A DNA stretch of 64,000 bases from an uncultured virus (IMG/VR IMGVR_UViG_3300013383_000030) (Duplodnaviria > Heunggongvirae > Uroviricota > Caudoviricetes). The position numbers and the translations under genes are program-made. The stretch lies in the IMG/VR virus record IMGVR_UViG_3300013383_000030; one strand, written 5' to 3'. Below are positions 44,256-56,509 of this stretch, piece after piece. The notes beneath the pieces were generated by a model. The model was not told the origin of the DNA, made no database searches, and was given only the letters and a program-made list of their open reading frames with translations. Position 1 is the first letter of the stretch, and every line of letters starts with the position of its first letter.

Positions 44256-45497
44256 TTATGGTTTATATTTCAAAACCAATGGCGAAACAACATCACCTCT
44301 ATTTCGTAAGCTGATTAGATCAGCATCTGAAAATACGTTTTTCTTTCTTAAAATTCCAATTGCACCATTTATGTCAGCATTTAGAATTTTGTTGCATGAA
44401 GATTCAAACAATCCTCTTTTTATTCTTTTACCTAAATAATTATCTTGTTTTTTCATGTCTTCATTAGCCAAATGATCGATTTTCGATGTGAAGCTTTCTT
44501 CTGTTTGAACAAAAGAAATTCCAACTTCTTCAGCTTTGTATTGGATTTTTTGAATAAGTGAATTGAAAGGAATTTGAATGAATTTTTGATTCATTTTCTT
44601 TCCAAGATCACATTTGTTTTTCCAATTCTTGTTGTGTCCTATGACGATGTTTCCAATATTGTTTTCAAGACAAAGATCAATTATTTTCTTTGAAAGACAA
44701 TGAAATTCATATTCAAGTTTGTTGTTTCTTTTCATATGAAGTTTTTGAATCTATCTTGATGTCTTTTGATTGTTGACAGTTTCAAGAATTGATTTTCTTT
44801 TAGCTAATTTTTTGTTGTAGAATTGGTTTATTGATTTGATGCATCCACCTTTGACAATCCATGATTTTTTAATTTGATTGTCTGTAGTTATAGAAACAAT
44901 GTTTTCAACACCAATATCTATTCCAAGATAATTGTTTTTGTTTAATTTTTTAATGTTTACGTCTTTTTCATAACTTATATTTAGCTTTACCTTTCCATAA
45001 AATTTTTTGACAATAATGCATTTGATTTGATGAATATCAATGTATTTTGGAATTTTGATGAAATAATTCGATTTAGGAAGAGATAACGTATTGTTTTCAA
45101 AATCTTTTCCTTTTAAACGAGTTCTATCAAAAATCAAAATCGTTGATTTGTTTCTTTTTGAAAGATACCCAGGAATCTTTGGAAGTCCTTTGAATTTTGA
45201 TTTATCTCTCTAAAATGATTTGAGTGCTTTGTGGAATGATGTCCAATTGTTGTTGACTTTTCTTAGAATATATTGTTTTGCGTTTATGTCAAGATTTGAA
45301 TTTTTCCATGATTCAGTTGTTTTAGCCAAATCATATAATTTGATTTTTTTGTAATTTGGTTGTTTGTTTTCTTTTTTAGCCTAAAAATATTCTTGACGAA
45401 GATAGAACAGAGCTTGATCATAGATAGCAGTAGCATCTGACAACCACTTGTCTATCTCATCAGTTTTCTTTAAAATCATTTTTTCTGTTCTAAGCAT
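44256..45497 (-). CDS. tnpB: TnpB, 3 internal TAG
   Basis: GIDIG, EESFTSK, NADINGAIGI; joined across TAG 45381, 45210 and 44751. Confidence 0.9.
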
Positions 45498-45533
45498 TTG
45501 TTTTTATTTACTTTATTTTATTTACTCTATTTA

Positions 45534-46148
45534 TTATTTACATCCAAATTCATTTTTGATGTCGTTTTCAATTTTTTTTAATTTATTTCTTCTTTTTCCA
45601 TAGAATTTCATTGAAAAATGATGAATAATTGAAATCAAATCATCAGTTAATTCTTGTTCAAATGTTTTTTCATCTGTCAAATTGACTTCGATAATTTCAC
45701 AATTATATCTTTCAAACAATGATTTCAAATATCCAAAACCAAATCTTGTCAAACGATCTCTATTTGAAATGATGACCTTGCAAATATTTCCTGTTATCAC
45801 TTCAGAAATAAGTGCATTTAGGCCTTTTCTATTTTCATTCATTCCAGATGCAATATCTGAAAATATCAAATTTTCTGATAATTTGTTTCCATTTGAAACT
45901 ACATATTCTCTAAGAAACTTAATCTAGTTTTCAAGATCTTTCTTTTGTTTTGTAGTTGAAACTCTTGAATATATTGCAATTTTAGGTTCAGAAGTAGATA
46001 TAAAACTTTTTGGAAGTTTATATAGATATTTTTTGTCTGAGATTTGTTTAGTTTCAATTCTTCCTGTTATTCTCATCTGATAAAGGCATTGAGATGTAAT
46101 TTGAAGAATATCTCTTATTTTTTTGCTTGAATACCAATTTTCTAACAT
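45534..46148 (-). CDS. tnpA: IS607 serine-recombinase transposase, 1 internal TAG
   Basis: YSRVSTTKQKKDLEN(Q)I...SDIASG...DRLTRFGF; the TAG sits at a conserved Gln. Confidence 0.9.
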
Positions 46149-47828
46149 ATATATTATTTACTTTATTCTATTTACACTATTTATAAATACATTCGGGCGG
46201 TTCTACGGCGAAATCGTCAAAGACATAAGTTCTCATGGACAAAACCGAGTTGAATGTCATGTCTGTTCCATGGCAGTCGGTGATAATCCATGGGGTAAGT
46301 GTTTTTGCTGTTTTTTGGGATTTTTGTAATTTGATTTCTGTTGGAAGCAGAATAACGCTCAAATCATCTAACTCGACATTTTAGATTTCGTTGTTGAAAT
46401 GTACTGGTGTGAAACCAAGAAGCGAAAGGTTGAGTATCTGTTCCGGAATGGTTTTGAATTTCTTGAGTGTTTCCGTATAGTCGTTTTTGCATTCTTTGTC
46501 CAGAATGACGGCATCCGAATCCAGATCAAGGGAGAAATTTTTGAAATGGAGCATATTCAGAATCCCTAAGAACTTTTATAGCCATATCATTGTGTTGAAT
46601 ATATACACAAAATTCGCAAGATAGATGCCATGTCTTCAGCGTGGCATAGAGTTCACTAGTCTGAGTAGCAGTTCTAAGATAACGGGTTGGATCTTCAGAA
46701 GTTGATTAGCTGCGTAGGTTTCATCGCATTTTTGGTTTCGGTTCCATGAATTCGGCTCTGTTGGATTCATGTCCACTATAACACGAAAACTGGGGAAATT
46801 CCAAAGAAAACACGGAAAATGCTGAAGGTATATGTGATGTTTGGCCTATATTCCTGGCTTCTCTGTAGGATTGCGGCGACGGAAGGTGTCAGAGTTCCCC
46901 TTTGTGTTCTCAGGACTGTCAATATTTCGTTTGAAGTCATATGCCAAGAGATTCACATGAAAATGGCATGGGGTTCACACCGTGAATGAAAACGAGAACG
47001 AATCATACTTGTTAACGCCTCTCCCGTTGATGGTGAGGTATCCGATGCAGTAGAAGTCGTCTTTCGGGTGTATTCCTGCCACGAAATGCCGGTGCTGAGG
47101 TGTCAGGGATCGGAGAAAATACGCGACTGCATGATGTTCTGGTGAATTCATTGTTCTTCAGAGTGTGAAGGATATGCTGACTTCGCCCGGATTTGGATAT
47201 AGGTAGAAGTTGATGTACCCTTTGGTGATTCCTGGCGTCTTACTCGGGAAGTTCCTGTTCGTGACTAGTCTTGACCTGATGAAATACATGAAACGTCTTG
47301 TTTTCTGGAGGTGTATGTGTTCAGATGACAAGGGAGATTGAAATGCCGGGATGTGGATATTGGTTCTGTTGGTTGTTTTTTGTCTGGTTTTCGTCTAGTA
47401 TGTATATATTCCAGAATATCGATATGTTCTCGATTTCCAGATCGTTTGGGTATTCCGGTCTACCCATGTCTTTTGTTTTCGATCTTCCGAAATACGTGAT
47501 TGACTGTTTTATCTTATCTGGCATGTTCAAGATTATAACAGAAAGCATCCGAAAGTCAAGTATTTTTTGGATTTTTATCAAATCTGTCAAGCGCTGAAGA
47601 CGGCTGTGTTTCCTGGATGGAACATTATGGGAGATTTGGGGTTGTCATGTTTATTGCTTTTGGGGTGGATGAATTTGTGTACAGGAAAAGGTTAGGTGGA
47701 AATGTCCAAGATTCAGACTCGGACGATAGATATAGTGAAGATGAAAGACATGATAATTGGTTGAAAATGTGTTATACAACTTTCATATAAAGTTATATGA
47801 TTTAATAAAAATAATGTAAATAGAATAT

Positions 47829-48446
47829 ATGAAAGCAAAAGAAGTATTAAAACTTTTAGGAATTACACAGTAGACATTATGGAATTGGTCTAAATCTGGG
47901 AAAATCAAAGTAGTTTCAAAATTATCACGTACATACAATGAATATGATAATGATTCTGTTTATGCATTAATTGGACAAAAATCTAAAAAGAAAAATAGAT
48001 TAGTAATTTCATATGCTAGAGTATCAACTTAGAAACAAAAGAAACAATTAGATGAATAGAATCAACGAATCTATGATTCGTGTATTTCAAGAGGATTGAA
48101 ACTAGATAAACAATTTTCTGACATAAAATCTGGAATGTCAAGTGATAGAAAAGATTTTCAAGAGATTTTAAGATTGATAATTCAAGGAGAAGTTGAATTG
48201 TTGATAATTGAAAACAAAGACAGATTAGTTAGATTTGGATATGAGATTCTTGAATAGATATTTAAATACTTTGGAACGAAGATTTTAGTATTGAATGACA
48301 TTCTTGAAAACAAAACGTATGAACAAGAATTGACAGAAGATTTGATTTCTATAATCCATTATTTCACAATGAAAAATTATTCTCATAGGAGAAAATTAAA
48401 TAAATTAAGGAAAGAATTAGAAAATAATAATGAGAAAAGTAAATAA
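47829..48446 (+). CDS. tnpA: IS607 transposase, 4 internal TAG (absent from the ORF track)
   Basis: MKAKEVLKLLGITQ(Q)TL...YARVST(Q)KQKKQLDE(Q)...SDIKSG...KDRLVRFGY. Confidence 0.9.
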
Positions 48447-48522
48447 TAATATAAATTTAATAAAAAATAATATAAAAATAAGTAAATAAATATATCAAAA
48501 CTATTTTTTTGTAAATACGATC

Positions 48523-49821
48523 ATGACAACGCTTAAATTGAAATTAGAAAATGAAATAGATATTCTGAAAGAACAGAAAGTTTTCAGCAATATTGTTCGT
48601 CTTTCATTTAATCGTTTTCAGGATGGTTTAAAAGAAAAAGATATTAGAACTTTTTTAAAAGATAAATTTGAAGGTTGGAATTCATGGTTTATTCAATGTG
48701 GAATAAAAGTAGGACAACAACTGTTTCAGAAACACAAAGATAAACATATTGTTTTTGGCGGAAAACATAATCTGAAACAATACTTGAAGAAGTTTATTTC
48801 TAAAGAACAATTCAAAGAAAAAAGACTGTTTCCTATAAATATTCAAGGAGAAAAACTTTATAAAGGAAATAGACTATTTGATTTTTATTTTGATGAAAAT
48901 GAAATTGTTTTCAAACTATCAAGAGAAGACCATAGAATTCTAAAATTCAAAACTCCTCATAAGAAAATCAGAAACAATTTAACAAGACTTCAAGAACTAG
49001 TCGACAATAAACAAATAACAATAACAGTCTCTTTGACAAAAGAAAACATTTATTTGACTTTTGATGAAACAAAGATAACTGATTGCAATTTTAAAAACCT
49101 AAAGACAAATAGAGTTCTTGGAATTGACATGAATCCTAACTATATTGGTATGTCTGTCTTGGAATTTGATGAAAACAATGAATTTAAAGTACTTGAAAAG
49201 AAAGTTTTTGATTTGTCAAAATTGACAGTCAAGTCAGGAAAATCTAGTTCAGACAAGAAATCAAAATATCTTGTAAACAAACTTAGATTTGAAACCATCC
49301 AAATAGCACATGATATAGCTAATCTTGTTGATTATTGGAAATGTGACAAGGTAGTTATTGAAGATTTGTCAATAAGAACTTCAGATAAAGGTCATGGAAG
49401 ATTTTTCAATAGATTATGCAATAATGTATGGAATAGAAATTTGTTTATCAATAAACTGAAAAGTTTAAGTCTTTTATGTAATTTCAGTTTAGTTGAAGTC
49501 AATCCTTGCTATAGCTCATTCATTGGAAACATCATGTATGGAAACAAGACTACTCCAGACATGGTTGCTTCATCAATAGAAATAGCAAGAAGAGGATACA
49601 GAAAGTTTGAGAAAAGTTGGTTCTATCCAAATATCAAAGATGAAAGAATAGATGAGCAATGGAAGCAAACACTATCTGGATTTGATAACTGGAAATCAGC
49701 ATTTCAGGAAATCAAAAAATCGAAAGTGAAATATCGATTTCTGCTTTAGGATTATGTCCAAAATGCAGTTTTCAGCAAGTTTTATAAAAATAAAAATACA
49801 GGTTTATATCGATTTGTATAA
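48523..49821 (+). CDS. tnpB: IS607-associated TnpB-like protein, 1 internal TAG at 49747
   Basis: GIDMNP, VIEDL, YSSFIGN...PDMVASSIEIARR. Confidence 0.85.
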
Positions 49822-50905
49822 TATTTTATGAAATTTGTATTTTATTTCAACCAATTATCATATTTTATAAATGCCCAAAAAGTGTCAAAAAATGTACAAA
49901 ACTTCTATGAAGCTGGTAATCACTGAAGATAATTGCCATTCCGACTTACGTGAGCATTGACAGAATTTTCTCTAACAAGAAATCCTGGTCAGATGAATAT
50001 TTTGTTGCAAGCATTAGAAATGTCAACTAGAAAACTATTCAAAAATATATTGAAGATTAGGGAAATGAATAATTATACCGATTCATGACAACCTCTGAAG
50101 ATGGTTGCCCTTTCTCAGCAAACATAATTTTAAATGATACAATATTTCATTGTGGTTGTGGATATGAATTTGATAGAGATGTTCGTTTGGCAAATGCCGT
50201 GTCTTCAATGTGACATAGAGTTTACATTCTTGGTATGGATTTCTGGGAAATTAAAGGGTGAACGAGATTGAAAACACATGGTTTTGTGTTGAGTAAAGAC
50301 TAGAATAGGTGATGTTTGGGTATTGGTTGTTGCTAAATGGCATAATAACAGACAACGATTTCATCACCTGCTTCATTGGAGATCTCAGCATATATATCAC
50401 CCATTTCGATGCATTCGGGTGGTTAGTTTGGTTTAAATTTGCAATCACAATGACTTTCGCCCGCAGTATTGCATTTTAGATGGAGAATGAGACATGAAAA
50501 GGTTCGTCGAGTCACGACAGAACTGCGTTGAATGGAAACAAACAACGGTTCTTCGGTTCCACATTGAATATGCAAATCATGAAAATTTTCACGTCATTTG
50601 ATCTCGACATCAATTTTCATAGTATTCATCTCCATTGGTTGTTCAATTCACTTAAATTTCGACTAAATAAACACGTCCAATGATCAGAAATCCATATTTA
50701 TCTTCAAATTCAAAGTTTCCACCTGAAAACGAATTATTGTTTTCATCAATAAATAGAGTTTCATTAATTCATCTCCGACAAGAAAACTATTTTGTGTCAA
50801 TTAAATACAATACGTTTCAAAACAATATGATTCATTAAACCAAAATATATTTCTCTTTTTAAGATATTCTACAGCTTTATTATATGTGATGTTTTCACTT
50901 TTGTG

Positions 50906-51724
50906 TCATAAACCGGACACATTTTCAAAGGGCTGTTTTTCCATTGTGTGTTCGCCACAAACCACACTGTCGCCAAAAATCTTTCCTTGGTGTTTGAGAT
51001 CGACAAGCTTACATGCTTCCGGATTTCCAAAGTTCAGCGGGATGTCAAAAAGAAACTTTCCGTCCGCTGATTTCTTAAAGTCATCTAGTATATTTTTCAA
51101 TATGACGTAATGCTGGTTGTCCAGTCTAAAATCGGTGGCGTGTGAAGTTTGTTTGTATTTTTCGGATAAACTTTCGAACATGGATACAGTGGCTTTTATC
51201 TTGCTGACAGCTATCTTTGTGATTTTCTTGTTGTATTTTTCAGGAGCGTGGCAGAACACAATAACAAGTTTTTCACACTCAAGGTATTGTGTTTCAAACA
51301 TAATCAAATCTTCGTATGCGGCGTGGTTGTTCTTCAATGCGGAAAAATTTGAGAGAAGGTGTCCAAGGAGGTTGCTAGCTTCGACGACTTCAATGTCTTC
51401 AGATATCTCCGCAAAAGCCAATTCCATATCCTTGAGTTCGCGTTCGGTTTTCTCGCGATCGGGGATTATGATTATGTCGCTTTCCAACGACAATCCTGAT
51501 AGGATTCTGGAGGCGTCAAAGAGCATGCGTTTGGCGTTTTCAATATTCTTCTGGACTTCGGACACCTTTCTAAGCTTCTCACCGGACTCTCTTTTCAGCT
51601 TCTTGTTGTATTTCACGATCAAGTCCAGGTATTCGATCGCCGCGTCGTCCACATATTCGACGTCAATGTCCTTGAACCACTTCATGTTGGAAAAGAAATA
51701 TTTCTCGTTCAGTTTTACTTTCAT
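50906..51724 (-). CDS. Hypothetical protein
   Basis: ORF behind a sigma70 promoter; a class C remnant abuts the ATG. Confidence 0.55.
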   Translation of the reverse strand: MKVKLNEKYFFSNMKWFKDIDVEYVDDAAIEYLDLIVKYNKKLKRESGEKLRKVSEVQKNIENAKRMLFDASRILSGLSLESDIIIIPDREKTERELKDMELAFAEISEDIEVVEASNLLGHLLSNFSALKNNHAAYEDLIMFETQYLECEKLVIVFCHAPEKYNKKITKIAVSKIKATVSMFESLSEKYKQTSHATDFRLDNQHYVILKNILDDFKKSADGKFLFDIPLNFGNPEACKLVDLKHQGKIFGDSVVCGEHTMEKQPFENVSGL

Positions 51725-51827
51725 AATTTTCAACCGAGGAATCGGCTTTCTCCTTTTGCGCATATTATAGCACCCGAAATACAAAAGTCAAGGTGTTTTT
51801 TGAAGAAAGCTGTGAACATATTGTGTA

Positions 51828-51876
51828 GTCAACTACGCACCGATCTTCAGTCGGTGCGTTTCCTCGGCTGAAACTT
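51828..51876 (-). repeat. 49-bp IS605-end mini-element, class C (guide GAAA, target TCAT). Others: 62576-62624, 37977-38028, 51725-51747, ~60573-60621
   Basis: TCAT|aattttcaaccgagGAAAcgcagccatcttcagtcggtgcgtagtTGAC; shares caaccgaggaa with the left end at 6794. Confidence 0.85.
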
Positions 51877-52185
51877 ATGAATATTTTCATAAGTTTTAAA
51901 TTGCTTCTAATTTTTCTTAGTTCTCCATTTTTATCAGTTTTTTATATTTTAAATCAATAGCCGATTTTTTGGTTGGTGTTGGAATCATCCTGAACAATAT
52001 ATGTGAGAATGTATAAGGCAGAGTCATATTTGTTGCACCGGTCACCGTCCAGCGGTCCCATGCACACCACATCTTCGGTTTCTCAGCCCTTGAACTCATC
52101 CTTTATTGGACATTCGTTTTCGGAGCCTTCGACCACAAATTGGCATTCTCCGCCTGTTGCTTCACAATATGGTTTTTCTGATCCA

Positions 52186-52791
52186 TCAAGTGTTTTCTTG
52201 TATTTGCATCCCATTTTTATCCATCCTTTCGTCTTGGAAGGTTTTTTCATATACTATTACCTGTTCTTTCCTCATTTCGGAAATCGGAACAAGAAGGTCG
52301 ACTATTCCTTCATTATAGATGTGGTTTATTTTGTAATGTACTTTCTTCGATTCCACCATTTCCCTCCACTTTGGCATGTCAACCACAATCATGCTGGAGA
52401 TACTTGTGCAATCCATGTCCGAGAGAAAGAAAACTATATAGTCAGCCTTAGTGAGATGGCTCCATCCACGAAACCGGTTGTGGGAAATTATCTCAAACGG
52501 TATATTTCCTGTTGTGGATGCTCGTGTATCAACCTTCACCTCGTATTTTCTGATGTCCTTATCCCTAAGAATCCTGGAAAGATCTATGTTCTCAAGATCG
52601 AGAATTTTCGGAGAAATCAGGAAATCTATGTCGACATCCTGGAATTCGGGTGTTTCTGATACGTCTATTAGATCCATGCGCCTTTTTTTGGCATATGGGG
52701 CGAACACCTTGGTGAACATCCTCTCACCAAACTTTCCGTATCTTTTAATGTCATTGTGAAAGTTGGGTTTTCTTGTCGTCTCAAATGGCAT
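52186..52791 (-). CDS. PD-(D/E)XK endonuclease-like protein
   Basis: GKFGE...QDVDIDFL...YEVKVD; overlaps the 3' end of the methylase gene. Confidence 0.6.
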   Translation of the reverse strand: MPFETTRKPNFHNDIKRYGKFGERMFTKVFAPYAKKRRMDLIDVSETPEFQDVDIDFLISPKILDLENIDLSRILRDKDIRKYEVKVDTRASTTGNIPFEIISHNRFRGWSHLTKADYIVFFLSDMDCTSISSMIVVDMPKWREMVESKKVHYKINHIYNEGIVDLLVPISEMRKEQVIVYEKTFQDERMDKNGMQIQENT

Positions 52792-53575
52792 AGTTGGATA
52801 TTATAATCTCCTTTCCGGGTTTTCCTTGCTGCATACCATAAGCAAACTCTATTGGCCTGACTTTGAAACCCGAGTAAAGTTCTCTTATGAAGTCACAGTC
52901 GTTGTATGTCATGAGCCACCTGTGAGGGGAGTCTTTCAGGGTCGTGAAGAGTCTTGTGTGGTCGAAGCTTTTGTGCATGTTTCCACCCTTCCCGTAGAGC
53001 TTCGATTTCTTCCCTATACAATATGGAGGATCGAGGAAAATGAAAACACCGTTACCCGGAAGATTGAGGAGGCTCGAGAAGTCGTCTCCGGTTATTTCAA
53101 CGTCGCCCGTGAGTATTTTGGCTGATTTTCCGAGTCTTTCTATCGAGGAATCCGTAAACCTCTTGCGGAACGACTCGTCGGAATAGCCCCCCGAGAGGGT
53201 CGTTCCGGAAAATGTAATCCTGTTGATTACGAAGAACTCGGCTGCCCTTTCGGCTTCCGAGGCGTCATGGGGGGTTGTCAGAAAGTTGTATAACATCCTG
53301 CCGTCGGTATACGACGACTTCAGCCTGATGACATTCTCAACTACAGAATCGGGACGGTCTCTCAGCATTTTCCAGAAAACGAACAGGTCCTGGAACAGAT
53401 CGTTTATGCGGAATTTCCTTTCTGAATATTCCTGTTTTGCACGAAAAAACACGGATCCTCCTCCAACGAACGGCTCCCTGTATTCGAGAAAGTCTCCCGG
53501 AAAGAGGGAGATAAGGAATTCCGAGAGCCTTGACTTCCCCCCGGGGTAGCGCAGTGGTGACTTCAGTCTCTTCAA
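52781..53575 (-). CDS. Dam-family DNA adenine methyltransferase (second copy)
   Basis: SPLRYPGGKS, EPFVGGGS, FLDPPY; TTG start inferred. Confidence 0.9.
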   Translation of the reverse strand: MKRLKSPLRYPGGKSRLSEFLISLFPGDFLEYREPFVGGGSVFFRAKQEYSERKFRINDLFQDLFVFWKMLRDRPDSVVENVIRLKSSYTDGRMLYNFLTTPHDASEAERAAEFFVINRITFSGTTLSGGYSDESFRKRFTDSSIERLGKSAKILTGDVEITGDDFSSLLNLPGNGVFIFLDPPYCIGKKSKLYGKGGNMHKSFDHTRLFTTLKDSPHRWLMTYNDCDFIRELYSGFKVRPIEFAYGMQQGKPGKEIIISNYAI

Positions 53576-53576
53576 C

Positions 53577-53981
53577 TTACCATACCCTTGTGAAGTGTGT
53601 GTGGAGCATTTCCGCCGGAAACGAGGATTTGGGTTTTGTCCACTTCCTCTGGACATAGATCGGATATGTGTATACATACTCGTCTTTGTCAATCTTCTCC
53701 TTGAGTGCCGACGAGATTTGTGCAAGTTCAGAATCCGTAAGGAGAAGTTCATTGAAGGCGACCCCCAGTTTGCCAGGGAGAACGTTCCGGATTGCGTCCT
53801 CAAGCTCCGCCGCATGGTACTTCTTCCTAAAGGTGTCATTCTTTCTCACGTCCGAGTATTCCGACCTTGCGTACCTGTAGTTGTTCCCGAAGTGGTATTT
53901 CAGGAGGTGCGGGAGGTACTCGCCCCCTTCCGTGTCGAGCCTTGCTGTTATCACGAAAATGTTGTCAGGCTTCTCTTGCAT
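53577..53981 (-). CDS. Hypothetical protein
   Basis: ORF packed in the operon. Confidence 0.55.
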   Translation of the reverse strand: MQEKPDNIFVITARLDTEGGEYLPHLLKYHFGNNYRYARSEYSDVRKNDTFRKKYHAAELEDAIRNVLPGKLGVAFNELLLTDSELAQISSALKEKIDKDEYVYTYPIYVQRKWTKPKSSFPAEMLHTHFTRVW

Positions 53982-54336
53982 TCATCTCCTCTATCAACTC
54001 GAGGGTTCTCTTGAAATTCTTCGTGTTCGTGTCGTCAAGCTTGAAAGCCCGCGTCCCGACGCTGTTTACGTCGAACTCGTCATGGGATTTGTTCCAGACA
54101 ATCGTGGCTATCAAGCAGCGGCATTCCTGTACGGCGAAACACGAAGCCGATATTGTGGTGTTTCCTTTGGTAAGCGATCCGTCCGTGTTTTCCGAATAGC
54201 CGTCCTTTAACATCGATTCCTTTTTCCCGAAATACTTGTTCGGATACAACAAGACGATTTCCTCGTATGTTCCGGTACCGTTTGGGCGTTTGGATTCGCA
54301 GTACTCTATGTTTCCGATTCTGATTCTCGCGGGCAT
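53965..54336 (-). CDS. Hypothetical protein
   Basis: ORF packed in the operon. Confidence 0.55.
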   Translation of the reverse strand: MPARIRIGNIEYCESKRPNGTGTYEEIVLLYPNKYFGKKESMLKDGYSENTDGSLTKGNTTISASCFAVQECRCLIATIVWNKSHDEFDVNSVGTRAFKLDDTNTKNFKRTLELIEEMNAREA

Positions 54337-54337
54337 G

Positions 54338-54745
54338 TCAGTTCCACATCTTCGAGTTTTTGTACTCGTCAGAATTCATGGTGTATTCCAGGGCACAGTC
54401 TGCCTTGAATATGTTGAGCGCCTTGTACAGGGCGGACTTCGCGACCTTTTTGGATTCGCACGACTGGTAAGCCCAGCACGCAATTCCCTTCACGATGTCG
54501 GGAAGATCGAGTTCTGCGTGGTCGAGATCGTATTCGCCAATGTCATCATTAGACCACGGTTTGTTACAGTATCTGGCATTAAGCGATTTCAGGTTGGCTT
54601 TCCGAAGCGCAACAAAGAGGTCTTCGGGACCGTTGATGTCTTCTGCTTCAAATGCTTGTTGAAGCGAGGTGTTGTATTTCCCGCGCTTGAAGATCTCATA
54701 TGCGAGACTTGACAGATTTTTTTTGTTCATCAGAAACGCCGACAT
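54338..54745 (-). CDS. Hypothetical protein
   Basis: AAAGGA RBS; N..SLNARY and YQSCE motifs. Confidence 0.6.
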   Translation of the reverse strand: MSAFLMNKKNLSSLAYEIFKRGKYNTSLQQAFEAEDINGPEDLFVALRKANLKSLNARYCNKPWSNDDIGEYDLDHAELDLPDIVKGIACWAYQSCESKKVAKSALYKALNIFKADCALEYTMNSDEYKNSKMWN

Positions 54746-54880
54746 GTGATTTCCTTTCTTTTGCGTATATTATAACATATGGATTTTGTTTGTCAAGTTG
54801 TTTTTTGACTGGATTGTGACCCCCCCCACGCCACACCAACAACCTTGCATTTCTCTTGTAAATACGAATATCGCGAAAGG

Positions 54881-56509
54881 ATGAACCCTATGACAACGGG
54901 AGTGCCAAAACTTTTAAAAAAAGAAACCAGTGAATTGGATTTAAACCAGGAAGTCGTATACGATATCGAAAACTTTAAAAAACTATTGGACAAAACCATG
55001 GTGTTTTCGAATTTGGAAGATGCGAAAACATATGCAAAAGGAAAAGAAACCAATGGCGAACAGCTCGTTGATTCTTCCCGTGTTGGTTAGATTTTGACTG
55101 TATATGAAAATGACATTGTCAAATCATATGTCATTGATGCTAATAGAGAGCTTGATGAAATAATTTTGTCTGATAATGGAATAGTTGAAATCAATGGTGT
55201 TTTGAATGCAACTCCAAATGGTCATTCTAACATATATTCTAAAAATGGTTCATCAATTGGCAAAGCATTCTTCAATGAGGTCAATGGAAAGACTGGTATT
55301 GTCAAAAATACTATTGGAAGTAAAGGTTTCCATGCAATTGGACTGAAAGTAGAAAAAGTAAACAATACTGATACTCTTAAAATCAAGTTAGATGGTGACT
55401 TAACCGAACTGAAGACTTTGGTTAAAAGTGAAAGTTATAAAGAAAACACAGGAAAATATTGGTTCAATCTTTATCTAGGATCGACAAACAATCATCGGTT
55501 TGGATATATAACTGATATTGATGATGACAATTGGGCTACTATAAACAGAAATTATTTTGGTGAAAATGAATGGAAATCTTTAAAAGATGTAACTGAAGAA
55601 ACATTCAGATCTTGGTTTGATTCAGATTTGACTCTTCAGAACATGAATGCATTGTTCTTTATCAATTATCCAACACTTGGGAATACTGTTGTCAATGTAG
55701 GAACATCAAATGCAATTGGAGTTGGTTGCAGTGCATCTGGACCTGGAGCTTTAGCTACTGGATATGTGACTAGAGCAAGTGGAATTGGAGCACATGCAGA
55801 AGGCGCTCAAACCACAGCAGTTGGAAGTGCACATGCAGAAGGTGTTGGCAGTGCAGCAATGTCAAATAATTCACATGCCGAAGGATATTACACTCAAGCA
55901 AAAGGATATTTTTCACATTCAGAAGGTGGAATGACAAAAGCACTAGCTAAAGCTTCGCATACTGAAGGATGGAATACTGTAGCAAATGAGGGTGCAGTAC
56001 ATTCATTTGTTGGTGGTTGCGATAATACAACCAATGGAGACACATCATTCACATTTGGTTATCAATTATATAATAATGCTAAACATACTATGTTATTTGG
56101 TGGTGAAGCATATGTTGGAAACATAGAAAGATCATTTGTATTTGCTCCAGTTTATCAAGGAAAAAATGAAAATGGTGCATATTTAGTCAGTAAACATGGT
56201 ATTAATCCTACAAGTGATGCTGAAATAAAGAAACTAAGCTATGCATTTATCGTTAATTCTAATAAACATGATGGTCTAGATTCAATTGTTGTTAGATCTA
56301 CTGTTGATGGTAAAGCCGTATTCAAGACATTAAAAGAGTATATAGATGAAAATTACATCAACAAGTCATTGTTCGATTCGATTTCGTCCGACAAGAAATT
56401 CAGTGCCGATGCCAAAGCAGACCTGACCACCAACGAAGGTAAAACAGACGCACTAAAACAAATTCTATTGTTGCTTGGAATGAAAGAATCAAACATCAAA
56501 ACACTTTAA
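54881..56509 (+). CDS. Tail fibre/adhesin-like protein with S/AHAEG (YadA-head-like) repeats; 1 internal TAG
   Basis: Joined across TAG 55088; AHAEG/SHAEG/SHSEG/SHTEG repeats; GTAAATA upstream. Confidence 0.7.

Larger units (their letters stand above)
44221..46197 (-). mobile_element. IS607-family element 1 (AT-rich, code 15); boundaries approximate
   Basis: Serine recombinase tnpA plus tnpB, with imperfect inverted ends. Confidence 0.85.
47750..49861 (+). mobile_element. IS607-family element 2 (AT-rich, code 15) bounded by a 17-bp perfect inverted repeat
   Basis: atgataattggttgaaa (47750-47766) and tttcaaccaattatcat (49845-49861). Confidence 0.85.

Noticed and set aside
46200..47740. Genes between the two IS607 elements
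   Set aside because: Only short frames broken by TAA/TGA; looks decayed and no product can be supported.
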